Shown piece after piece: positions 45,112-55,814 of a stretch of DNA of 64,000 nucleotides (position 1 is the first letter of the stretch; each line of letters opens with the position of its first letter). Location of the stretch: contig CAVSND010000011.1 in the NCBI GenBank assembly GCA_963729215.1, positions 2,836-66,835 of the forward strand, written 5' to 3'. Below the pieces are notes generated by a model that saw nothing but the letters and a program-made list of their open reading frames with translations, ran no database searches and had not been told where the DNA came from. This DNA is from an uncultured Acidobacteriota bacterium (GTDB lineage Bacteria > Acidobacteriota > Vicinamibacteria > Vicinamibacterales > CAVVIG01). The translations under genes were made by a program, and so were the position numbers.

Positions 45112-48100
45112 ACGGTAACCGGGTCAGACGCCGACCTTGCGGCGATTTTGCTCGTGCGGAAAACTTGCGCCATGTACGTGTAGACGACGGGCGTGAGATA
45201 GAGCGTCAGCATCTGCGAGACGATGAGGCCGCCGACGACGGCGAGCCCCAGCGGCCGCCGCGCTTCGCCGCCCGCGCCGAAGCCGAGCGCAATCGGCACG
45301 GCGCCGAGCAGCGCGGCCATCGTCGTCATCATGATGGGCCGGAAGCGGACGAGGCAGCCTTCGTAGATCGCCTCGGTGGGCGTCATCGCCTGCTTGCGTT
45401 CGGCCTCGAGGGCGAAGTCGATCTGCATGATCGCGTTCTTCTTGACGATCCCGATCAGCATGATGAGGCCGACAAAGGAGTAGATGTTCAGCTCGTTGCC
45501 GAACAGCCAGAGCGTGACGAGGGCGCCGAGGCCGGCCGATGGCAGGCCCGAAAGAATCGTGATCGGGTGGATGTAGCTCTCGTACAGCGCGCCGAGCACG
45601 ATGTACACCACGCCGATGGCCACGAAGAGCAGCAGGCTGAGGTTCTTCGTGGATTCCTGGAAGACCTTGGCCGACCCTTCGAAATTGATCGTCACCGTCG
45701 CGGGCAGCACCTGGCCCGCCACGTCCTTGATGCGGTCGACGGCGGCGCCGAGCGACACGCCGGGCCGCAGCCCGAACGAGACGGACACCGACGGCAGCTG
45801 CCCCGAGTGGTTGATGCTCTGGGGACCGACCGTCTCCTGCCGGGACGCCACGGTCTCGAGCGGCACCAGCGTCCCGCGCGGCGTCTTGAACGAGATCTTC
45901 TCGAGCGAGTCGGCGTACTGCTGGTACTTCGGATCCAGCTCGACGAGCACGCGGTACTGCGTGGCGTCGCCGTAAATCGTGGACGACCACTTCGGGCCGA
46001 ACCCGATCGAGAGCACGTTCGTGATTTGCGTCGCGTTGAGCCCGACGGCGGCGGCCTTGTCGCGATCGATGATCAGGTTGACCTTCGGGCTCCGGATCTC
46101 CAGGTCGTTCGACACGTCCTGGATTTCCGCGATGCCCTGCATGGCCGTGCTCAGGCGGCGCGCCTGGGCATAGAGCTCGTCGGTGTCCGGGCTCCGCACC
46201 GTGACGTTGTACGAGCTGTTGCCCACACGCGCGCCGATGTTGAGAGACGAAGGCAGGTTCACGAACACGTTGTAGTTCGGAAAGCTCAGGAGCTGGCGCC
46301 GCAGCTGCTGCGAGATCTGCTGCGCGGACTGGGGACGCGTCGCGCGCGGCGTCAGGTTCACCTGGAGCTGCGCGGTGTTCTGGGACCCGCCGTACCCGCT
46401 GCCGCCGCCGCCGGTCCGGACCATGAAGCTGTCGATGTACGGATTCTTGCGGACGATCTCGGCCACCTTCTGCGCCGCCGCGGACATCTCGTAGAACGAC
46501 GTGCCCTGCGCCGCCCGGATGTTGATGTTCATCGAGTCGTTGTCCTGGTCGGGGATGAACCCCTTCGGGACCACGCCGTACATGTGGACCGTGGCGGCCA
46601 GGACGACGACGAACACGCCCAGCATCACCACCCGGTGGCGGAGGACGGCGCCGAGGCTCCACTTGTAGCCGTCGAACACCGCGTCGAACGCGCGATCGAG
46701 CAGCCCGGCCAGGCCGCGCTTGGTGTGCACGACGCGCAGGAAGCGGCTGCACAGCATCGGCGTCAGCGTGATCGACACGACGCCGGAAATGAGAATCGCC
46801 GCCGTGATCGTGACGGCGAACTCGCGGAACAGCCGGCCCAGGATGCCGGCCATGAACAGGATCGGGATGAACACGGCCGCGAGCGACGTGGTCATCGTGA
46901 GGATCGTGAAGCCGATTTCCTTCGATCCGTTGAGCGACGCCGTCAGCCGATCCTCGCCGGCCTCGATGTGGCGCACGATGTTCTCGAGCATCACGATCGC
47001 ATCGTCCACGACGAAGCCGATGCACAGGATGAGCGCCATCATCGACAGGTTGTTGAGGCTGAAGCCGAGCAGCTGCATGACGGCGAACGTGCCGAAGATC
47101 GAAAACGGCAGGGCCAGCGCGGGGATGATGGTGGCCGACCCGTTGTGGAGGAACAGGAAGATCACGGCCACGACCAGCACCAGCGTGATCATCATCGTCC
47201 ACTGGATGTCCTTGAACGCCGCCCGGATGGTCTTCGACCGGTCGCCGCGCACGAGCATGTGAATCGACGGCGGCAGCTGCGCGTTGAGCGCCGGGAGCAG
47301 CCTGAGGGCGGCGTCGGTCACCTCGATCGTGTTCACGCCCGGCTGCCGCTTGAGCGCCAGGTTGATGGCGCGCTGCCCGCCTTCGCGCGTGTAGAACCAC
47401 GTCGCGTTCATCGTGTCTTCGATGCTGTCGACCACGTTGGCGACCTGTTCGAGCCGCACGGGCTTGCCCTGCCGGTACGTCACGATGATCGGCTTGAACT
47501 GGGCCGCGTTGTTCAGCTGGCCGCCGGCCTTGATGTTGAACGTCTGGTGCGCGCCGAACAGCTGCCCGGTGGGCAGGTTGACGTTCCAGTTCTGCAGCGC
47601 CTGATCGACCTCGTTGATGCCGATCTGCTGCGTGCGCAGCCGGTCCGGATCGACCTGCACGCGCACCGCGTACTTCGCCTGGCCCCAGACCTCCACCTTC
47701 GCCACGCCGTTCACCATCGACAGGCGCGGCGCGACCACCGTTTCGGCGAAGTCGTCGAGCACCGACATCGGCACGGTGTTCGAGATCAGCGCGAGCTGCA
47801 GGATGTCCTGATCGGCGGGGTTCTGTTTGCGGAAGGTCGGCGGCGACGGCATGCCCGCCGGCAGCAGCGGCATGGCTTCGGCAATGGCGGTCTGGACGTC
47901 GACCGCGGCGCTGTCCATCGATCGCGCGAGGTCGAACTGCAGCGTGACCTGGCTGCTGCCCGTGCCGCTCTGCGAGATCATCGAGTCCACGCCCGCGATG
48001 CTGGTGAACTGCCGCTCCAGCGGGCTCGCGACAGACGACGCCATCGTGCCGGGATCGGCGCCGGGCAGGCCCGCCTGCACCTGGATGGTGGGGAAGTCCA

Positions 48101-48218
48101 CCGTCGGCAGGTCGCTCACCGGCAGCGCCCGGTACGCGACGATGCCGAACATGGCGATGGCCGCCATGAGGAGGCTCGTGGCGATCGGCCGCCTGATGAA
48201 TCCTTCGGAAATGTTCAC
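45108..48218 (-). CDS. RND efflux permease, paralog 2 (intact)
   Basis: Single 1036-aa frame. Likely GTG start at 'VNISEGFIRRP' (48218), by comparison with paralogs 1 and 3, rather than the MMM codons at 48242. Confidence 0.9.
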   Translation of the reverse strand: MNISEGFIRRPIATSLLMAAIAMFGIVAYRALPVSDLPTVDFPTIQVQAGLPGADPGTMASSVASPLERQFTSIAGVDSMISQSGTGSSQVTLQFDLARSMDSAAVDVQTAIAEAMPLLPAGMPSPPTFRKQNPADQDILQLALISNTVPMSVLDDFAETVVAPRLSMVNGVAKVEVWGQAKYAVRVQVDPDRLRTQQIGINEVDQALQNWNVNLPTGQLFGAHQTFNIKAGGQLNNAAQFKPIIVTYRQGKPVRLEQVANVVDSIEDTMNATWFYTREGGQRAINLALKRQPGVNTIEVTDAALRLLPALNAQLPPSIHMLVRGDRSKTIRAAFKDIQWTMMITLVLVVAVIFLFLHNGSATIIPALALPFSIFGTFAVMQLLGFSLNNLSMMALILCIGFVVDDAIVMLENIVRHIEAGEDRLTASLNGSKEIGFTILTMTTSLAAVFIPILFMAGILGRLFREFAVTITAAILISGVVSITLTPMLCSRFLRVVHTKRGLAGLLDRAFDAVFDGYKWSLGAVLRHRVVMLGVFVVVLAATVHMYGVVPKGFIPDQDNDSMNINIRAAQGTSFYEMSAAAQKVAEIVRKNPYIDSFMVRTGGGGSGYGGSQNTAQLQVNLTPRATRPQSAQQISQQLRRQLLSFPNYNVFVNLPSSLNIGARVGNSSYNVTVRSPDTDELYAQARRLSTAMQGIAEIQDVSNDLEIRSPKVNLIIDRDKAAAVGLNATQITNVLSIGFGPKWSSTIYGDATQYRVLVELDPKYQQYADSLEKISFKTPRGTLVPLETVASRQETVGPQSINHSGQLPSVSVSFGLRPGVSLGAAVDRIKDVAGQVLPATVTINFEGSAKVFQESTKNLSLLLFVAIGVVYIVLGALYESYIHPITILSGLPSAGLGALVTLWLFGNELNIYSFVGLIMLIGIVKKNAIMQIDFALEAERKQAMTPTEAIYEGCLVRFRPIMMTTMAALLGAVPIALGFGAGGEARRPLGLAVVGGLIVSQMLTLYLTPVVYTYMAQVFRTSKIAARSASDPVTV

Positions 48219-48236
48219 GAGCCCGAGTTCCTTCAT

Positions 48237-48345
48237 CATCATCTGGTCGTCTGGTCATCTGGTCATCTGGTCATCGTCGATCGATTGCTGAATTGTTCAA
48301 TTGAACAGCGATGACCAGATGACCAGATGACTAAATGACCAGATA
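48237..48345. repeat. octamer-built palindromic element, copy 2, intercistronic within the RND operon
   Basis: 'atctggtcgtctggtcatctggtcatctggtcatcgtcg atcgattgctgaattgttcaattgaaca gcgatgaccagatgaccagatgactaaatgaccagat'. Lies between the paralog-3 TAA and the paralog-2 start. The loop contains the 14-nt perfect palindrome TGTTCAATTGAACA. Confidence 0.7.
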
Positions 48346-51300
48346 TTAAGCCGTGACCGGTTTTGCGGCCGCCGTCCCGCGAATCTTGCTCGTCCGGAAC
48401 ATCTGCGCCATGTAGGTGTAGACGACCGGCGTCAGGTAGAGCGTCAGTAACTGGGAGAAGATGAGGCCGCCCACGACCGCCAGGCCCAGCGGCCGCCGCG
48501 CTTCGCCGCCCGCCCCGAACCCGGCCGCGATCGGCAGCCCGCCGAGCAGCGCGGCCATCGTCGTCATCATGATGGGCCGGAAGCGGACGAGGCAGCCCTC
48601 GTAGATCGCCTCGGCCGGCGTCATCCCGAGCTTGCGCTCGGCGTCGAGCGCGAAGTCGATCTGCATGATCGCGTTCTTCTTGACGATCCCGATCAGCATG
48701 ACAAGACCCACGAACGAGTAGATGTTCAGCTCGTTGCCGAACAGCCACAGCGTGACGAGGGCGCCGAGGCCGGCCGACGGCAGGCCCGAGAGAATGGTGA
48801 TCGGGTGAATGTAGCTCTGGTACAGCGCGCCCAGGACGATGTAGACGACGCCGATCGCGACAAACAGCAGCATGCCGAGGTTCTTGGTGGACTCCTGGAA
48901 GACCTTGGCCGAACCTTCGAAGCCGACGTTGACGGTCGCCGGCAGCAGTCCCGCTGCGAGCTGGCGGATGCGATCGACGGCGGCGCCGAGCGACACGCCG
49001 GGCCGCAGCCCGAACGAGATGTTCACCGACGGCAGCTGCCCGAAGTGGTTGACGCTTTGCGGGCCGACGGTTTCCTTCGTCGACACGACGGACGGCAGCG
49101 GAATGAGCGCGCCGCGCGGCGTCTTGAAGGTGAGCTTGTCGAGCGAATCGGCGTACTCCTGGTACTTGGGATCGAGCTCGAGCAGCACGCGGTACTGCGT
49201 CGTGTCGCCGTAGATCGTGGACGACCACTTCGGGCCGAAGCCCGCGGAGAGCGCGTTCTCGATTTGGGTGGCGTTGAGGCCGACGGCGGCCGCCTTGTCG
49301 CGATCGATGACCAGGCTCACCTTCGGGCTCTTGATCTCGAGGTTGTTCGAGACGTCCTGGATCTCCGGGATCCGCGTCTCCATCGCCGCGCTCAGCCGGT
49401 CCGCCCAGGTGTAGAGCTGATCCGTGTCGGCGCTTTGCACCGTCACGTTGTAGCTGCTGTTGCCCTGGCCGAAGCCGATCTGCAGCGCCGGCGGGATCCG
49501 GACGAACGCGCGGAAGTTCGGGAACCGCAGCAGCTGCGGCCGGAGCTGCTGCGCGATCTGCTGCGCCGAGACCGGACGCTGCGCCCGCGGCACGAGCTGG
49601 ATCGGCATCTGAAAGTTCGAGCTCCCGCCGCCGTTGTAGTTGTTGCCGCCGAGGTTCATCACGAAGCTGTCCACGTATGGGTTCTTCCGGATGATCTCGG
49701 CCGCGCGCAGCCCGCCGGCGGCCATGTCGTAGAACGAGGTGCCCTGCGCCGCGCTCATGTTGACGAAGAGCATGTCGTTGTCCTGGTCCGGGATGAAGCC
49801 CTTGGGCACGATGCCGTACATGCGGACCGTGCCCGCCAGCACCCCCACGAACACGAAGACCATCGCGATGCGGTGGCGCAGCACGATGCCCGAGGCTCCA
49901 CTTGTAGCCGTCGAACACCGCGTCGAACGCGCGATCGAGCAGCCCGGCCAGGCCGCGCTTGGTATGCACGACGCGCAGGAAGCGGCTGCACAGCATCGGC
50001 GTCAGCGTGATCGACACGACGCCGGAAATGAGAATCGCCGCCGTGATCGTGACGGCGAACTCGCGGAACAGCCGGCCCAGGATGCCCGCCATGAACAGGA
50101 TCGGGATGAACACGGCGGCGAGCGACGTGGTCATCGTCAGGATCGTGAAGCCGATCTCCTTCGATCCGTTGAGCGACGCCGTCAGCCGATCCTCGCCGGC
50201 CTCGATGTGGCGCACGATGTTCTCGAGCATCACGATCGCATCGTCTACGACGAAGCCGATCGAGAGGATGAGCGCCATCATCGAAAGGTTGTTCAGGCTG
50301 AAGCCGAGCAGCTGCATGACGGCGAACGTGCCGAGGATGGAGAACGGCAGCGCCAGCGCCGGGATGAGCGTCGCCGACCCGTTGTGGAGGAATGCGTAGA
50401 TCACGCCGACCACGAGCACCAGCGTGATGAGCATCGTCCACTGGATATCGGCGAACGCCTTGCGGATGGTGCGCGAACGATCCTGGCGAATCAACAAGTG
50501 CGCAGACGGGGGCAGCTGCGCTTCGAGCGCCGGCAGCACGGCGCGCACCGCGTCGGTCACCTGGATGATGTTGATGCCGGGCTGCCGCTGGACGCCCATG
50601 TTGATGGCGCGGCGGCCGCCCTCGCGCGTGTAGAACCACGCGGCCGACCGCGTGTTCTCGACGCTGTCGAGCACCGTCGCCACCTGGTCGAGCCGGACCG
50701 GCCGCCCCTGGCGGTACGCGACGACGATCGACCGGAACTGCGCGGCGTTGTTCAGCTGGCCGCCCGCCTTGAGGTTGAACGTCTGGTGCGCGCCGAACAG
50801 CTGCCCGGTGGGCAGGTTGACGTTCCAGTTCTGCAGCGCCTGATCGACTTCGTTGATGCCGATCTGCTGCGCGCGCAGCTTGTCGGGATCCACCTGCACG
50901 CGTACCGCGTACTTCTGCGCGCCGTTCACCTGCACCTGCGACACGCCGCTCACCATCGAGATGCGCGGGGCCAGGACCGTCTCCGCGTAGTCGTCGAGCA
51001 GCGACATCGACAGGCTGTTCGACGTCAGGCTCAGCTGCATGATGTCCTGATCGGCGGGGTTCTGCTTGCGGAACGTCGGCGGATTCGGCATGCCCGCCGG
51101 CAGCAGCGGCATCACTTCGGAGAGCGCCGTCTGGACGTCGACGACCGCGCTGTCGATCGAGCGCCCGAGGTCGAACTGCAGCGTGACGTTGCTGCTGCCG
51201 GTGCTGCTCTGCGAGGTCATCGAGTCGATGCCCGCGATCGTCGTGAGCTGCCGCTCGATCGGGCTGGCGACCGCCGCGGCCATCGTGCCGGGATCGCCGC

Positions 51301-51457
51301 CCGGGAGTCCCGCCTGGATCTGAATCGTCGGGGAATCCACCGCCGGCAGGTCGCTCACCGGCAGCGCGCGGTAGGCGACGATGCCGAACATGGCGATGGC
51401 CGCCATCAGGAGGCTGGTGGCGATCGGGCGCCGGATGAAGAGTTCGGAGACGTTCAT
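48346..51457 (-). CDS. RND efflux permease, paralog 3; frameshift about 49885
   Basis: 'MNVSELFIRRPIATSLLMAAIAMFG...DGYKWSLG' then the C-terminal half in ORF 48346-49884. A stretch of several hundred nt around 49890-50390 is nearly identical to 46650-47150 of paralog 2. Confidence 0.85.
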
Positions 51458-51472
51458 GGACGTCTGCCTCGC

Positions 51473-52813
51473 CTACTCGCCGCGGCGTCCGCGTGCGGCC
51501 TGTCCCTGCGCGTCGCCGTTTTGCCCGCTCTGTCCGGTCTGCCCGTTCTGCTGTCCCTGTCCCTGTCCGCGTCCGCCGCCGCGGCGCCCGCCGCCGCCCC
51601 GTCCGTCGCCGGTCTGGATCTTCGTGCCCGCCTCGAGCCGCAGCTGGCCCTCGGTGACAACCGTCTGCCCCGACTGCAGGCCCTTTTCCACCACCACGTC
51701 GTCGCCCATGCGCTGGCCGATCGTGACGGGCTGCTGGGCCACCGTGTTGTCCGGCTTGACGAGGAAGACGAACTGGCCTTCCTGCCCGGTCTGGACCGCC
51801 TGGCTCGGAAGCACCATCGCGTTGGAAATCGTGGACACGCGCAGGCTCACGCGCGCGAACTGGCCCGGCCACAGCCGGCGATCGTGGTTCTCGAAGCGCG
51901 CCTTCAGCTTGATCGTGTCCGTCGAGGCGTCGATGACGTTGTCGATGAAATTCAGATCGCCTTCGACGACGTTCGCCGTCGAATCCTGCGACGTCGCGGT
52001 GACCGGAATCTTCGTCTTGCCGAGATTGTTCTTGATGGACGCGAGGTTCGCCGCCGGGATCGAGAACGTGACGAAGATGGGCTCGACCTGCGCGATCGTC
52101 GTCAGCTCGGTCTGGTTGGCCGTCACGAGACCGCCGACCTTGACCGCGATGTTGCTGCTGTGTCCGTCGATCGGCGACGTGATGCTCGTGTACCCGAGCT
52201 GCAGGCGCGCGTTGTCCACCATCGCCTGCTGCGCGACGAGCTGCGCTTTCGCGCTTTCGACCGCGGCGCGGTCCGCCTTGATGGTGCCGGCGCTGGTGTC
52301 CGCGGCCGCGCGCGCCTGTTCGGCGACGTCCTTGGAGACGATCCCTTTTTCGGCGAGCTGCGCCTGCCGCTGCGCCGTGAGCGTCGCGTATTCGGACTGC
52401 GAGCCATCACGCCCAAGCTGGGCTTCGGCCTGGCTGAGCAGCGCCTGGTCGCGCACCAGGTTGGCTTCGGCCTGCCTGAGGGCGGCCTCGAACGGCCGCT
52501 TGTCGATGGTGAAGAGCAGCTGATCTTTCTTGACGAAGTCGCCCTCGTGAAACGTCGCCGACTCGATGGTGCCGGTCACCTGCGACCGGACCGAAATCAT
52601 GGTGTACGCTTCGACGTTGCCGATGGCGGCGATGTCGACGGGGACGTCGCGCTGCACGACCTTGGTGGTGACGACCGGCACGGCGCCGCCTTCACCGCCG
52701 CGGCCACGGCCCCGGCCGCCGCCCCCGCCGGAGGTAGCCGCCGAGTCCGAGCAGGCGGCCGTGACGGCGAGCACGCCGAGACCGAAAAGAACGATGAACG
52801 AACGTGTCTGCAC
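51473..52813 (-). CDS. RND efflux membrane fusion (periplasmic adaptor, HlyD-family) protein
   Basis: Lipoprotein-like signal ('LAVTAACSDS'), coiled-coil, beta-barrel and MP domains. Gly/Gln-rich low-complexity C-terminus. Confidence 0.85.
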   Translation of the reverse strand: MQTRSFIVLFGLGVLAVTAACSDSAATSGGGGGRGRGRGGEGGAVPVVTTKVVQRDVPVDIAAIGNVEAYTMISVRSQVTGTIESATFHEGDFVKKDQLLFTIDKRPFEAALRQAEANLVRDQALLSQAEAQLGRDGSQSEYATLTAQRQAQLAEKGIVSKDVAEQARAAADTSAGTIKADRAAVESAKAQLVAQQAMVDNARLQLGYTSITSPIDGHSSNIAVKVGGLVTANQTELTTIAQVEPIFVTFSIPAANLASIKNNLGKTKIPVTATSQDSTANVVEGDLNFIDNVIDASTDTIKLKARFENHDRRLWPGQFARVSLRVSTISNAMVLPSQAVQTGQEGQFVFLVKPDNTVAQQPVTIGQRMGDDVVVEKGLQSGQTVVTEGQLRLEAGTKIQTGDGRGGGGRRGGGRGQGQGQQNGQTGQSGQNGDAQGQAARGRRGE

Positions 52814-52969
52814 CGATGAACTCCAGGCGGAAGTCGGGTCGGGATGGATCCGGCTGAGAACGCAGTCTCCTGCCCGCGCTTTATCGCTATCTACAATACG
52901 TGCCCGGCGCGCATACCATTTACGAGGGGTTTTCCTATCGTTTCCTCAGGAATCAGGGTCGCTTTCGCC

Positions 52970-53819
52970 ATGACTTCGCAGGTCCGCCCGCTCGAGGCGG
53001 AAACGGACGCCACGCAGGCCCTTGAAGCCGGCCACGTGCTCTGGTCGCAGGCCCCCTTGTTCGCGCTGACGGTGCCGGAGCGCCCGCTATTGTCGTCCTC
53101 TGTGCTGGCAAGAGGCAAGAACGTCAGCTTCGATCCGGCCACCGGGGCGGTGGGCGGGAGCGCCCTGACCGGCGAGGCCGCCGGAAGCCTCAAAAGCATG
53201 CTGGCGCGGTTCAGCGACGAGGCGCTGGCGCTGGTGGGACGGGTCTTTCCGGGGTATCGCCAGCGGGTCGAGCGCAGGCGGACGAGCTTCCGCCCGATCG
53301 AGGTCGCGGGACGCGCTTCGTCCTGGCGGCAGGACGACACGCGCCTGCACCTCGACAGCTTTCCGGCGTCGCCCGTGCGGGGAGCAGCGCATCCTGCGCG
53401 TCTTCGCCAACGTGAACCCGGAAGGCCGCCCGCGATCGTGGCGGATTGGGGAGGACTTCGAGGCCGTGGGCCGGCGGTTCGCGCCGAGGCTCCGGATGCC
53501 CGCGCCCGGAAGCGCGCTGCTGCTCCGGGCGTTCGGGATCACGAAGTCGCGCCGCTCGGCCTACGACTCGATGATGCTGCAGCTGCACGATCTGATGAAG
53601 GCCGACAACGCGTATCAGCAGGACGCGCCGCAGACCGCGTTCGACTTCCCGGCGGGATCGACGTGGATGGCGTTCACCGACCAGGTGAGCCACGCCGCGA
53701 TGGCCGGCCAGTACCAGCTCGAACAGACTTTTCTGCTGCCCGTCGACGCAATGCGCGAGCCCGGGCGATCGCCGCTGCAGAATTCTCGAACGCTTGCTGG
53801 AACGGGCCCACTCCTGTAG
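52970..53819 (+). CDS. Kdo hydroxylase (KdoO)-like Fe(II)/2-oxoglutarate dioxygenase; frameshift about 53378
   Basis: 'TRLHLDSFPASPVRG | EQRILRVFANVNPEGRPRSWRIGEDFEAV' matches the KdoO 'RLHVDAFP...RILRVFTNVNP' signature. Confidence 0.5.
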
Positions 53820-53820
53820 A

Positions 53821-53925
53821 TCTGGTCATCTGGTCATTTAGTCATCTGGTCATCGTTGGTCAATTGAGAAATTGCCAGATTGACAAACGATGACCAGATG
53901 ACCAGATGACCAAATGACCAGATTC
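53821..53925. repeat. octamer-built palindromic element, copy 3 (core in opposite orientation to copy 1)
   Basis: 'atctggtcatctggtcatttagtcatctggtcatcgtt ggtcaattgagaaattgccagattgaca aacgatgaccagatgaccagatgaccaaatgaccagat'. Lies between convergent stop codons (53819 and 53933). Confidence 0.7.
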
Positions 53926-53932
53926 GCTATTT

Positions 53933-54528
53933 CAGTATGGTGGCCGTCACCTCGACGGTGACCTTCCGGTCGCTGACCGGATCGGTCGCCTGCGTGGCGA
54001 CGAGCGGCTTGCCGCTGTCGAGGATCAGGACGAAGTTCTGCTTGATGTCGGTGACTGGATCGGTTGCCGGCTTCGCGGCTCTGCGCCGACTGGTACTGGA
54101 TGGTGCACTGCAGCCGGATCTTGCCGTTCGCCAGGATGGTGGGGTAGGCGTCGAAGTTCAACGGGATCAAGTTGGGTGGAACCGTCGCGACCTCGCGCAC
54201 CGAGCCGTTGAAACCGTCGCCGGCGACGGCCGAGACGCTTTTCCTGATCGGCGGGCCGCCGCCGCCGTCCTCGGTGATGTTCAGGTCCACTTTTACGTTG
54301 ATCGACTGCCGCGCCGCAGGCGGCGCAGGCGGTGCGGGAGGAGCCGGCGGCGGCGGGGGCGGCGCCTGGGCGGCTGGCGCGGCCGGGGCCGGCGGCGCCG
54401 CGCGGTGCCGGTTGGGGCGCACGCGGTGCCGTCTGGGCAAACACATGACCGGCGGCGAACACGAACGCCGCCAACAGCACGACTCTGGTTCTCATCATCG
54501 GTTCTCTCCGTGAACTTCCAACTTCCAA
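53933..54528 (-). CDS. small secreted Pro/Ala-rich protein with conserved C-terminal domain; two frameshifts (about 54420 and about 54098)
   Basis: Signal peptide 'MMRTRVVLLAAFVFAAGHVFAQ'. 'APPPPPPAPPAPPAPP...INVKVDLNITEDGGGGPPIRKSV...ILANGKIRLQCTIQYQ' then '...DPVTDIKQNFVLILDSGKPLVATQATDPVSDRKVTVEVTATILK*'. Confidence 0.4.
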
Positions 54529-54529
54529 C

Positions 54530-54600
54530 TTCTGACTTTCTCAACTTCTACGTTTTAACTTTGCACTTCAAACTTCCGACTTTCTTCTAGGGCATCGCCG
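54530..54600. repeat. tandem heptamer repeat (AACTTCY)n, about 10 units
   Basis: 'aacttccaacttccaacttctgactttctcaacttctacgttttaactttgcacttcaaacttccgactttc', immediately upstream of the Pro-rich gene start. Confidence 0.5.
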
Positions 54601-55152
54601 CTAACTCGATCCGATCGATCGCGATAGTCGAGATCTCGATCGGCATCACGACCACGAGCGGCGAAACGTTGACCGGTTCCAGGACGATGGGCGCCAGCGG
54701 CCCGAGGTCCGGGCTCGCTGGCCGCGCGGCCGCGGGAGGTTTCCCCAGCGCAGCGGACGCGGTCCGCGGTGCCGTGCCGGGTGCCGCCCCCTTGAGGCCC
54801 GTAATGGACGTAACGGCACGTAACGGCAGCAGCGCCTTCGTCTGCGGGGCCGCCGCGATTTCGCGGCCCGCCTCCGGATTCGTTTGGACCGTCTGCGCCG
54901 GCGTCGGCGCCGGATTCTCCCGTGCGACGAACACGGCCAGCGCCAGCAGCACGCGGCCGCCGCCGGCGCCAGCAGCCACACCCACGGCCACGTGCGCCTC
55001 TCGCCGTCTGCGTCGATGCGCGCCGACACCCGCCGCGCGAGCCCGGCGTCCACGGGCGCGCTCGTCATCTCGCGAGCGATGTCGTTTATCACCGGGTCGA
55101 TCGCCGGGTCTGTCGCCGCGTCGATATCGAATTCTTTACTCATCGTGTCCAT
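54587..55152 (-). CDS. membrane-anchored anti-sigma factor; frameshift about 54960
   Basis: Start overlaps the ECF sigma 3' end by 17 nt. 'ERRTWPWVWLLAPAAAA' TM segment, then Pro/Ala-rich periplasmic region in the second frame (54587-54991). Confidence 0.5.
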
Positions 55153-55711
55153 GCGTGCGCAGCGACGCGCGGACGGCCCGCCGCGCCTCCGACACGCGCC
55201 ATTTGATCGTCCCGGCCGGCGCGTCGAGCATCGCCCCCATCTCGTCGTAGCTGTACTCGCCGCTCTGCGCGAGCAGCAGCGCGTCGCGCAGTTTTGGCGG
55301 CAGCGCCGCGATGGCCTGCCGGATGCCGCTCCGCAGCTGGCCGCCGGCGGCGAGTTCCTCCGGCGTCGCGGGCGGCGGCGGGCTGAAGCCGGACGCGCTC
55401 ACGGCGCGCGTGTCCGCGTCCCCAACCGGCACGATCCGCTGCCACCAGCGCGCGGCCGCGCGCCTGCGATTGATAGCCTGGTTCCACGCGATCGTCAGCA
55501 GCCATGTCTTGAAGCTCGCCGCGCCCCGGAAGCTCTTGAGCCGCCGGTACGCCAGCAGGAACGCCTCCTGCGCCACATCGTCGGCATCGGCTGTCGAGCC
55601 GGTGGCCGCGAGGGCGGCCCTGTAAACGGCGGCCTGATGCCTGACGACCAGCTCGCCGAATGCGGCGGTGTCGCCTTCGCGGGCTCGGGCGACCAGGTCG
55701 TCGTCGGTCAC
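55136..55711 (-). CDS. ECF (RpoE-like) sigma-70 family sigma factor, intact
   Basis: Region 2 'AFLLAYRRLKSFRGAASFKTWLLTIAWNQAINRRR'; region 4 'LPPKLRDALLLAQSGEYSYDEMGAMLDAPAGTIKWRVSEAR'. Confidence 0.85.
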   Translation of the reverse strand: MTDDDLVARAREGDTAAFGELVVRHQAAVYRAALAATGSTADADDVAQEAFLLAYRRLKSFRGAASFKTWLLTIAWNQAINRRRAAARWWQRIVPVGDADTRAVSASGFSPPPPATPEELAAGGQLRSGIRQAIAALPPKLRDALLLAQSGEYSYDEMGAMLDAPAGTIKWRVSEARRAVRASLRTHGHDE

Positions 55712-55739
55712 TCAGTCAGTAGACACCCGGGGCCGGGGA

Positions 55740-55812
55740 ATGGTTGGGGGGTAGAGGTTGGAGGTTGGAGGTTGGAGGTTAGAGGTTAGAGGTTAGAGGT
55801 TGGGGGTTGGAG
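55740..55812. repeat. tandem heptamer repeat (GAGGTTR)n, about 10 units, upstream of the ECF sigma gene
   Basis: 'ggttggggggtagaggttggaggttggaggttggaggttagaggttagaggttagaggttgggggttggagg'. Confidence 0.55.
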
Positions 55813-55814
55813 GC

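Noticed and set aside
45124-52819. Very long alternate-frame and antisense ORFs over the RND genes (45124-48258 minus, 45165-48314 plus 1049 aa, 49739-52819 plus 1026 aa, 49755-51872 minus)
   Set aside because: They have RRRR/GGGG/HHH-rich composition and no domain signal. They fully overlap well-conserved RND permease and fusion-protein frames.
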